A stretch of DNA of 64,000 nucleotides from Glaucostegus cemiculus. Lineage: Eukaryota. The position numbers and the translations under genes are program-made. Position 1 is the stretch's first letter. The number at the start of each line of letters is the position of its first letter. The notes under the pieces were generated by a model that saw only the letters and a program-made list of their open reading frames with translations, was not told where the DNA came from and did no database searches. Shown here one piece after another: positions 11,701 through 23,700 of the stretch. The stretch spans positions 1,674,001-1,738,000 of the forward strand of contig CDPCPM010000344.1 of assembly GCA_976551045.1 (NCBI GenBank), in the 5' to 3' direction.

Positions 11701-14700
11701 CACCCCCTCATGTAGTGTGCTGGAAATTCCAACCATCCTCTGGGTGAAAAGGTCCTTCTTCTATCCCCTGAATCTATACCCTCTACGTTCAGATACCTTG
11801 AACAGTTTCTCATCTTGCATTATGAATGAATGGTGAGAAGCCAGGATGTTGAGTATTGGTCCATCTGTGTGACATCATCTCAACCGTGAGACTATAGCCA
11901 GTGGAGATTGGGTTGTCCTTCCTCTGATGTTGTGAATTGTCGGCTGCACGTTGGTGGTGTTACATTGCTTAAGGAAAGGAAAATCAAAATCCACGAGGTG
12001 TATCAAGCTCCTTACACACTGGAACTGAAGATGGGGAACGTTATCCCGTTCTTGGAGGGAGTGGCAAAGAGATTAACTGAGGTTAAATGTAGATAGTGGT
12101 ATTGGGTCATTGTTGTCACTTGTGCCGAGGTACAGTGAAAAACTTGCCTTGCATACCGATCGTACAGATCAATTCATTACACAGTGCAGTTACACTGAAA
12201 TAGCACACAATGCATTGAAATAGTACAGGGTAAAAACAATAACAGAATACAGAATAAAGTGTCACAGCTACAGGGAAGTGCATTGCAGGTAGACAATAAG
12301 GTGCAAAGTCGCAACAAGGGAGATTGTGAATAACAAGATAGATTGTGAGGACACTTGAGAAATTAGGGCTTGTTTCATTGTTTAAAACAAACTGGTAATG
12401 CTGTGAAGATTAAGAGAAATAAATGGAAAAGTCTGTTGGGTCATTTAGTCAGTAAACAATTAATAAACAAGCAGGATAAATTAAAGATCATCCCAAAATT
12501 AATAAAATCTGAGCTAACTATGTAGAATATTAGACAGGAACATAATGATCCACATAAGCCATTCTCAAAATGAAAACGCGCAGTGTGTGTAGACCAGAGA
12601 AACATCTGGGTGGTTGCAAACTGACATCAAAAAAATTTATCATATCCAAGGGAGATTCTTTATCAACGAGTGGAGGCCTTGCCTTGGCACAGACCAATGA
12701 CGAGGCCTCATCCGGACCTGTATCCACACAATCTTTTAAGGAAAATACCAAAGAAAAAGTTTGTTTGATGCCAGTTGCCAGGTAACTCAAGTACATGACT
12801 CTGCCCCTCACTTGAATGTTCTCATTGTAAGGAATGTGGCCGGGGTTCAACCAAAACCTGCCTTGTGCCTCATAAAACCTGCTCTGCTCTTCCACAGCAA
12901 GAAGAACAGTCCCAACCGTGAAAGTTTACTCCTCTCCCAGCTCAGTAACCGAGGGAGAAATGGTGGAGTTACACTGCCAGGTCACAGGTTATCCGCAACC
13001 CAGGGTCTCATGGCACAGGGAAGGGGGCGCTCTAACAGCCAATCACCAGGTAGGTGAAGGTGGTGGAGATAAGTCTGGATTCTCCTGTCATGGGGAGTCT
13101 TGTAAGGTGGACAAAATAAGTGTGTAATCTAAAGTCTGACCTGTCAGTGAAGCAGACTCAGAGAAGGAAGAAAGTAAAATGGGCACCAAGTCCCACCAGC
13201 AGCGCTTTGAGAGTGCAGCTCCCTCAAATGGCCTTCCTTCTGTTTCATAATCTCCAAGTAAGAAGTAGAGAAGGAGGATGCACAGAGGAATGTGCTGGGT
13301 AAGGATTCATTCTGGGTGCAGGCATGGTGCCTCTTCCTGTCCAATTAACTGCACAGATAGTGAACAATGACTCGAGTGCCAGATTGGATAGATACAGTCC
13401 CATCAAGTCCAGGCCAGCTCCCAGCAGATCAGTCCCATTCCCCCACTCTCTTTCTCTGCAGCCCTGAGATTTATTTCCTCCCACCCAGGGGCTGTGATTC
13501 TTTTGCCACTTACCTACACTAAGGGGCAACGATCAACGGCCAATTAACCAACCAGCATGTCTTTAGGATGTGGGAGGAAACTGGAGCACCCGAGGGAAAT
13601 CCATGTGGAAACACAAGAGATTCTGCAGATGCCAGAATGCCGGAGCAAAGCACACAGAATGCTGGAGGAACTCAACGGTTCAGGCGGCATCTATGGAGGG
13701 AAATAAACCATTGACATTTCAAATCAAGACCATCAGGACTGATGAAGGATCTCGACCTGAAACGTCGACTGTTTATTTCCCTCCATAGATGCTGCCTGAC
13801 CTGCCGAGTTCCTCCAGCATTTTGTGTGCAAAATTCATGTGGTCCTGGGAGAATGTACAACCTACATGCAGACAGCACTGGAGGTCAGGATTGAACCAGG
13901 AACCTTGGAGCCATGAGGGAGCGGCTCCAACTGTTGCACCACTATGCTGCCAAGGTCACTGGATAGCAATGAGGAAGCAGACTCACAGCTGGCTCCTCTG
14001 TTCATGCCTTGATTTTCATTTCTCGGTCAGAAGTCAAGCTGACCTTGACCCTTACTCGTTCAGAATGGCCCCTGTCCGTTGCAGCTGTCTGTATGTTTGT
14101 GGCCGCTGAAACCAGCCGATGATTTTCCTCTCGACCCTCTAGGTGCAGGGCCCTGTGCTGCACATCCTTCACATGATGCCCTCGGACATCGGCGATTACA
14201 TCTGTCGTGCCGAAAATATCCTCGGAACGCGGGAGGTCAAGTTCTCCGTCTCCGTCACCGCACCACCCCGTACGTAACCCATTCTTCTTCCGGCATCTCT
14301 TTTGGATATCTCAGCTTTAGAAGTTGGGGAGGATGATTAATAGCAGTGCAGAAAGATGCAAGAAGCTGCAGAAAGATATTGACAAGCTGGTTGTCAAATC
14401 CATGGCAAGTGAAGTCCCAAAGGAAATATAACCTATCCACTCTGGGTCACAGAAAGATCATTGAGAAGCTAGGAAATGTAACGGAGTGAAGAAGATGTGC
14501 TACAGTTGTGAGGATCTTTGGCTGAGTCACAACGGGAACACTGCAGTCAGATCTGGCTGTCACTTTATCAAGAGGTGTATGCTGGACTTGGTGCGGGTAC
14601 AGCACAAGATCAGGGGAACTGTTTTGATGAAAGGTCATTGACCTGAAATGTTAACTCTGTTTCTCTCTGCACGGTTGCTGCATTTTCTGTGGTTATAAGG

Positions 14701-17700
14701 GAGAGTGTCCCAGGGGCTTATAATAGCATTAACTTATGAGGACAGCTTGCATAAAGTTAACTAGGTTCCCCTCAAAAATGTAGAAATTTGAGGACTGACC
14801 TGAGTAAGGTGTATGAAATAATTTAATTATTTAATGGATTTCATTTTTCTTCTGGTGGACGATTTGAGAATAGGACAATCTTAAAATTGCAACTGAGTTC
14901 TTCAGGGAGAAAGTTCAGAGGGTTTTTTTTCCCATACAGAGGGGAATAGAAATTTGGAACTTACTCTCTTGTTAGACTATGGTTGTTAGGGAATAACTGG
15001 GCCTTTCAGGACTGAGAGGAGTAGATGTACTTTATGGAGCTAAGGCAACTCCCCAGTGATGTAATGGACTGTGGGAGCAGGACTGAGGGCTTGATTCCCA
15101 TTGACCTGTTCCTCACACAAGGCTGCTACATTGGGGAAGAGCGAAGATTCACGAACCAATTAGGTTTATAGGGAAGGGTATGTTTGTGCTTTATATCCCT
15201 CAAGATTCCTGTTCTATTCCCAATACTATATGAATATAATGAACATGTTTTGTTTTGGACAACTGAACTGTTACCAGAAAGGTATCCTAATGAAGTTGCT
15301 GTCTTGGGAAATGCAGTGGTCATTTGGTAAGACTCCAAAGTTAGTCTTTAGAAAATGGTTAAAGATCGTGGAGCAAGTGACAAATTAACCAGTTGGGCTG
15401 GAATCAGGAATAGCAAACAGACAATGCAGGTCAATGGAAAAGCTTCGCCTGAGAGACGGAGTAACACACACAAAATGCTGGAGGAACTCAGAAGGTCAGG
15501 CAGCATCTATGGAGGGAACGTTTCAGGTCGAGACTCTTCATCAGGACTGGAAAGGAAGAGGGCAGAAGCCGGAATAAGAAGGTTGGGGGAGGGGAGGAGC
15601 ACAGGCAGGCAGGTGATGGGTGAGTCCAGATAAGAGGGGAAAGGTTGGTGGGTGGGAAGGGGGGGATGAAAGGGAAAGATGCGAGAAGCTGGGAGGTGAT
15701 AGGTGGAAGAGGCAAAGGACTGAAGGAGAAGGAATCCAGTAGGAGAGGACAGTAGACCGTGGAATAAAGGGTGGGGAACCAGATGGAGGTGATGCACTGG
15801 TCGTGAGGGTGGGGGAGGGGAAAGAGAAGGGGTGAGGGGGGGCACAGGAATGGTGGAAAACAAAAGGAGAGGGGAAGGGAAAAACAAAAGGAGAGGAGTT
15901 ACCGGAGAAATCGATGTTGATGCCATCAGGTTGGAGACTCCCAGGCAGAATATGAGACGTTGTTCCTCTAATCTGTGTCTGGCCGCAACGTGGCAGTAGA
16001 GGAGACTGTGGACAGACATGTCAGTGTGGGAGTGGGATGTAGAATTGAAGTGAGTGGCCACCGGGAGGTCCCGGCTGTTGCGGTGGATGGAGCGAAGGTG
16101 CTTGACGAAGCAGTCACCCAATCTGCGTCGGGTCTCACCGCTGTAGAGGAGGCCGCACCGGGAGCACTGGATGTAATAAATGACACCTTCGGCCTCACCT
16201 GGAAGGACTGTCTAGGGCCCTGAATGGTGGTGAGGGCGGAGGTGTAGGGACAGACATAGCACTTGGTGCAGTTGTAGGGATAAGTGCCGGGGGAGGAGGG
16301 GGTCATCAGTGGGAAGGGACGAGGGAGTCGTGGAGAGAATGATCCCTGCAGAAAGCAGAGAGGGAGGAGGGGAAGATGTGCCTGGTGGTGGGATCCCATT
16401 GGAGCTGGCAGAAGTTGCAGAGAATGATGTGTTGGATGTGGAGGCTCATGGGGTGGTAGGTGAGGACAAGGGGAACCCTGTCTCTGTTACGTCGGGGGGT
16501 GGGGTTGGGGTGAGGCCAGATGTGGGGGAAATGGAGGAGATGTGGGTGAGGGCAGCGTTGACGGTGGTGGAAGGGAAACCCCGGTTACTGAAAAAGGAGG
16601 ACATCTTGGAATGGAAAGCCCTCATGGGAACAGATGCAGCGGAGGAACTGGGAGCAGGGAATGGAGTCCTTGCCAGTGACTGGGTGGGAAGAGGTGTCGT
16701 CAAGGTATCGGTGTTGGTTTATTATTGTCACTTGTACCGAGGTCCAGTGAAAAGCTTGTCTTACAAACCGATCGTACAGGTCAATTCATTACACAGTGCA
16801 GTTACATAGTTAGTACAAAGTGCATTGAAGTAGTACAGTAAAAAACAGTAACAGTACAGAGTAAAGTGTCACCGCTACAGAGAAAGTGCAGTGCAATAAG
16901 GTGCAAGGTCGCACAAGGTAGAATGTGAGGTCACAGACCATCTCACTGTATAAGGGAACCGTTCAATAGTCATATCACAGTGGGGAAGAAGCTGTCCTTA
17001 AGTCTGGTGGTGCGTGCCCTCAGGCACCTGTATCTTCTACCCGATGGAAGAGTGTCCCGAATGAGTGGGGTCTTTGAGTGGGGTAACTGTGGGAGTCAGT
17101 GGGTTTGTAAAAGATGTCAGTGCCTGAGAGACTATGTTCTGCTGAGTTCCATGGAGGTATTGGCCCTGTCTCTAATTAAATCATCCACAAAGGCTCGGGC
17201 TTCACCATCCAACAACTTAAACTAACGTCACACATTGTGCAGAGTGCCCACATTAGCAAATGAAGGCCAGTACTGTGAATGGTGATATAATTCAGCTCCT
17301 GGTTGTTAAGAAAAGGTAGTCTTGTTCCCCAAGAACCTCCTCAACAAACTCCTGGTGGCTCTTGTTCTTTCTGCTGCCTCAGTAACATTTCATCCCCTCA
17401 CCACCAATGAAACTCTCACCTTTATAACCCCATCAGGGTTTCTCTCCTTCCAGCTGCCCATCAGCAGAGGGAAGGTGCTGGTAGCCCCCACCAGTACTTA
17501 ATCATTGTACAATTACAGACAAAAATCAAGTCTTCCCCTCCCTCAGTTGCTATGACCTCCCTTGCCCCTCCTGGTACCTTGCCCACCGACCCAGTCTCTG
17601 CCCCCACCCTCCCACTGTTCCCCCCCACTGACTTTCATCTACCCCTCCACGCCACCTCTTGGTGCCACCACATCACATCTCCATTCTCCTCCAACCACCC

Positions 17701-20700
17701 CACTTAAAATGTTGACTTGATGATATGAAGGCATTCACCCCTGCTGGGTCTCCAGAACCGATGGATGACGTATCGGGATGTTGTGTCAGTCATTTCAGAG
17801 CAAGTTTCTTCTCTTGGGCTTGTGAGTCTTTGTAATTCTGCATCACATAGGCCAGTGGAAACTCCAAGGTTAGCTGCTTTCCAGACGGAGATCAACAGAT
17901 GCATGAGGACGAGGGACTTTGAGAAAGGACAGTAAAGAGGATTAGGGGTGTTTGATCAGCCACGATATCATTGGCAGGTGGAGCAGGTTTGATCGGCTGT
18001 AAGGCCCAATTCGTGCCATGTTCTGTTCCCGTCCATCAACGTTGGAATGATTAATAGTAACCTGGCAATGATAATGGATCTAGGATTGTCCCAGTGGCTT
18101 GGAATAGAACTGAAAGCACGTGTGACACTGCACCACTCCCTTCTATGGTAGTGCAGCGGCTAGCATGACACTATTACAGCGTCAGTGATCCGGGTTCAAT
18201 TCCGGCCGCTGTCTGTAAGGAGTTTGTCCGTTCTCCCCGTGTCTGCGTGGCTTTCCTCCGGGTGCTCCAGTTCCCTCCCACATTCCAAAGCCATACAGGT
18301 TAGGAAGTTGTGGGCACGCTATGTCGGTGCTGGAAGTGTGGCGATACTTCACAGTAACACAAAAAGACACATTTCACAGTGGGTTTAGATGTACAGGTGA
18401 TTAATAAGTCAATATCTTGTATCTTTTTATGGCACTGAAATATAAACATGGATTATGTATTCAATCCTGTAGCCAGGTTTATTTTCCCAGTCCTGGCTCA
18501 GAGTCAAGAGGAGTACCAACGCGGCCAGCTGGAAAACCTGTTCCTCAGATAAATAACTCTGGCCAAAGCGTTGTCCCAGAGAGTCAACTGAAATATTTAA
18601 ACAGTTAACACAAGCTGTAGTTCCAGATAACAATACCAGAAACATGTTGTCCTCCAAGAAATAGGAGTATCGCTATTGTCCCATTTCAATCCACTTCTCT
18701 CATTCTAGTCTCTGCCCTTCCACAGCACAAAGTCAGCCCCCGACTGTGATGGTTTACCCCTCTCCTACCTCAGTAACCGAGGGAGAAATGGTGGAGTTAC
18801 ACTGCCAGATCACAGGACAGCCGCAGCCCAGGATCACATGGTACAGGATGGCCGGTTCTCTCACCGCCAACCACCAGGTAAGGAATGCGCTCCACTCTGT
18901 ATTTCTGAGCACTGGACCCAGTCTGGGCGAGTGTGAGTGACAGAGGCTGTGATTTTCCTCTCGCTGCTTCAGGTGCAGGGTCCTGTGCTGCGCATCCTTC
19001 ACGTGACTCCTGCCGACGCTGGGGATTACATCTGCCGCGCCGAGAACATCCTTGGAATGCAGGAGGTCAAATTCTCCGTCTCCATCACTTCAACGTGTAT
19101 GTACCCGTCATTCTCCAAAGTCTTTGGTCCGCACGAACTGTTCCCCTCATGTTGTGACTGCATCTGGGCTCAAAAGTGTGCTCGACTTCCAGTGCTGGGA
19201 AACAAGGTTCAGAAGGGTTTCAAGAGACAGTTTAATAATTAGAGAGTGTTATAGAAGGAAGGAGCACATCTCATAGATCAGTTAATTTAATATTAAGGAA
19301 GGGAAAGTGTTTCAGATCTGCAGCCAAGTAATTGGATTCATTAATGCCTCTTTTTTCATTTATAAATCGCCCATTAAAGCAGTTTACTAGAGAAACAAAG
19401 GACTGCAGATGCTGGAATCTTGATGAAAAACACGATGATGCTGGACGGACTCAGCAGGCCAGGCAGCATCCGTGGAGAAAAGCAGGCGGTCAACGTTTCA
19501 GGTCAGGACCCTTCTTCAGGACTGAAGACAGGAAAAGGGAGGGAAGCCCAGTATATGGGAGGGAAAAGCAGATCAGTGATAGGTGGACAAAAGAGGGGAG
19601 GTGGGGTGGGCACAGGGTGCTGATGGGTGGACACAGGCAAGAGATAGTGATAGGCAGGTGTAGGGGAGGAGGGGAGAGCAGATCCACCGGGGGGTGGGTC
19701 AAAGGTGAGGAGAAAAAAAGGGGGTAGGAAAAAGAGACAGAGGCTGGGAAAGGGAAGTAAAGAGGCATGGTTGTGGGGGAGGGGGGGAGGTGGGGGGATT
19801 ACTTAAAGTGGGAGAATTCAATGTTCATGCTGTTAGGCTGCAAGGTTCCAAGATGGAAAATGAGGTGATGTTCCTTCAGTTTGCGCTTGGAATTCTCCCG
19901 GCAGTGGAGGAGGCCGAGGACTGACATATCAGTGATAGTGAGGGAGGGGTCAGTCCTCAGCCTCCTCCACTGCCGGGAGAATTCCAAGCACAAACTGGAG
20001 CAACAGCACCTCATTTTCCGTCTTTGAACTTTGAAGCCTAATGACAACAGCATTGCATTCTCCCACTTTTAAGTAATCCCCACCCCCAACACCCCCACCG
20101 TGCCTCTTCTTCTCTTCCCTTTCCTGGTCTACCTCTCTTTTCTCAACCCCTCTTTGTTTTCCCCTCATCTTGACCCACCCCCCGGTGGATCTGCTCTCCC
20201 CTCCTCCCCCGCACCTGCCTATCACTATCTCTTACCTGCATCTACCTATCACCACCCTGTGCCCACCCCGCCTCCCCTCTTTTGTCCACCTATCACTGCT
20301 CTGCTTTTCCCTCCCGTATGTTCAGCTTCCCCTTTTCCTATCCTGCCCTGAAGAAGGGCCCTGACCCGAAACGTTGACCACCTGCTTTCCTCTACGGATG
20401 CTGCCTGGCCTGCTGAGTTCCTTCCAGCATCATCGTGTTTTTCATTCCATTAAAGGGGTTTTACTGGGTTAGGTCACACTAGTGATGATTTACTAGTGAA
20501 ATCATGCCTGTCGGGAAATTGGCTCCAGAAAATAATATCTCAGCAAGCCCTACTTCCCTGACATCCCCTGATCCTGCAGGAGGCACTTGAAATGGTGAGT
20601 GAGAACTTAGTCCAAAGGATGTTGCTGCTTTGGGATTCCAGGAAGTATTTGATGTGATTCCACATGCGAGCCTTTGAAGGATAGTTACAGATCACGGAGC

Positions 20701-23700
20701 TAATGGCAAGTTATCCAGTCAGACCGATAAGCAGCTTGGCAGTGGGAATTTATGCTAGTCCATGGAGTTTAGAGTAGACCATTAGCTGCACTGAAGCCAT
20801 GCAAGTGAAGGCCAATACTGCCAAACGTGAAATGTGGCAGCTACCTCAGAATTGGTGCATGGCATACACAGAGAGGATTGAGGTATTATTTTCACAGTGG
20901 TTATGCTTATGAAAACTGTGACAGGAAGCATAAAATATACTTGTCAACCAAATATATTTCACCCTCTATTGGAGCAGTAAACATGATTAAGTCTCGCTCA
21001 GTTGGCGCCCCAATTCATGAAATTGGCAAAAATAAGTTAGAAGGAGCACTAGGAGGAGCTTGTGCACAGAATCATGTGCCAAAATGGGATCTGTGAAGCC
21101 CCTGCTGGGAGAGTGTTGGGAGAAATAGAATCACTGTAGGGTGTGTGGATGGTCAGCACAGACTTGGGCTGAAGGGCCTGTTTCCATGCTGCACCTCTCT
21201 GTGACTGTGGCCCGTGCGTGCAGTGTTATCACTGCAGCGATTACTGGGAAGAGTGTCAGACCTTAATGCTGGAGGCAGGTGTAAATGACAATGCAGTTTG
21301 ATTCTTCATCTCCACACATTTAGAAAGAGGTGGACCCTCCACCACTCTCACCTTGGCTGTGAAATCCGATAATTGGGCCATAGTGTACGAGCCTGGTTTC
21401 CAGAAATCCGGACCACTGGCCCGGAGATGTATGTTTGAAATCCACCATGGCAGCTGTGGAATTCAATTACTTCAACAAAACCAGAGCTTAAAATACTAGA
21501 ATCAACAACAGTGACGGTAAAGCTACCAGAGAGTTGTAAATACCAATCGCAGAAAGAAAACTACCATCCCAGTGTGACTGATGCGATTGACTTTTAATTG
21601 TCTCTTTGAGTTAGGGACCATTAAGGATGGACGACAAACACTGATATTGCCAATCGTGTCCTCATTTCATGCATGAATAAATAAAATGTTGACGTGAACC
21701 ATGAGAGAAGGAGGAAGGTCACAGACAGAATGTAAACATTGCACGTTAGGAGTATGGATGCAGAAAGGCTGTTTTCCCCAGTCAAGGTTTCTAGAACAAG
21801 GGGATTAGTTTCAGATTAAGGAGTCAACCCATTCAGATGGAAGTGCGGGGAACTCCTTCTCTCAGAGGAGATGAATTTTTGGAATTCTGCATGCCAGGGA
21901 GCTGTGGAGGTGGAGCCATGGGACATATTGATGGAGACTGACTACAAGGGAGTTCAGGGTTCTGAAGAGAGCCTGAGGAATTTGTGCTGAAGCCAAGATT
22001 CGATCAATATGATCTTATTGAATGGGGAAGCAGGCTTGAGGTGCCACTTCACCACCTTCTCTTCCTTTTCCCCTTCCTTCCATTCTAATGTAACAAAAGA
22101 AATCCATGTTGTTCATTTTGATCTGTCTATATCGTTCTTATCTCTGCCCTTCCACAGCACAAATTCAGCCCCCGACTGTGATGGTTTACCCCTCTCCTAC
22201 CTCAGTAACCGAGGGAGAAATGGTGGAGTTACACTGCCAGATCACAGGACAGCCGCAGCCCAGGATCACATGGTACAGGATGGCCGGTTCTCTCACCGCC
22301 AACCACCAGGTAGGGAACCAGCTCCGCTCTGTATTTCTGAGCACTGGACCCAGTCTGGGCGAGTGTGAGTGACAGAGGCTGTGATTTTCCTCTCGCTGCT
22401 TCAGGTGCAGGGTCCTGTGCTGCGCATCCTTCACGTGACTCCTGCCGACGCTGGGGATTACATCTGCCGCGCCGAGAACGTCCTTGGAATGCAGGAGGTC
22501 AAATTCCCTGTCTCCATCACTTCAACGTGTACGTACCTGTCATTCTCCAAAGTCTTTGGTCCGCACGAACTGTTCCCCTCGCCCTTGCACCAAGTTGTGA
22601 CTGCATCTGGGCTCAAAAGAGTGCTCGATTTCCAATGCTGGGAAGGTTCAGAAGGGTTTCAAGAACAAATAACCAGAGAGTTTTATAGATGGAAGGAGCC
22701 AGTCTTGTAGATCAGTTAAATAAATATTTAAGGAGAGAAAATGTTTTAGATCTGTGGCCAAGAAATTGGATCCATTAATGCCTCTTTTTTTCAATTACAT
22801 ATTAACCATTAAAATGCTTTTCGCGGCTTAGATCACACATGATCACTTACCAGTGAATTTACGCCCATCGGGAACTTGGTCCCGGTGCTCACGCACACAA
22901 TCCATCTCCGCACATATGTGTTTTCTCAGCAGTTCAGGCGGCATCTGTGGAGGGAAAGCGGTGGTCAGTGTTTCAAGTCAAGACCCTGCATCAGGACTGA
23001 GTGTGTAGAGGGGGTGATAGCCAGTATGAAGAGGAGTGAGGGAGGGGTGAGGCAGGGGCTGGTAGGTGGTAGGTGGATCCAGGTGTGGAGGGAGGTGATG
23101 GGCAGGTGGAGCCAGGTGAGGGAGGAGGAGGGGTAGAATTGGGAGACAGCAGCTTGTGGGTGAAGGGTAGAGACAGGAGCGAGAATAAAAAGGGGCAGAT
23201 GGAGCCAGACGGGGTGGAGCTGGAGACAGTTTGGAAGGTGATAAGAGGAAGCACAAGAGGCTGCAGATGCTGGAATGTGATGAGTAAGAAAAGTGAACTA
23301 AGGAAATGGCACCAGATCAGGGAGGGGCAACGGGCAGACGGATCCAGGTGGGGCAGGGGAAACCCTGGGTGGATCAGAGAAGAGCACAGAGAGTGTGAAC
23401 ACCTGCCCTCTGTCCACAGTGGCCATCCTGAGCTCCCCGTCGCAAGCCACTTCAACTCCCCATCGCACACAGACCTGTCTGTTCTCGGCCTTCTCCACCA
23501 CCAGGGTGAGGCCACACACCAGCTTAAACAACAGCACCTCATGGTCCACCTGGCTATCTAAAACCATTGGTGTGGACATTGAATTCTCCCTGCTCAGGTA
23601 ACCCACACTCCTTACTCAACCACCTGATTCACCCAGGGTCTCCCCTCCCCCACCTGGTCCCATCCACCTCTCATCCACACACTGCACCTACTGGACCTCC

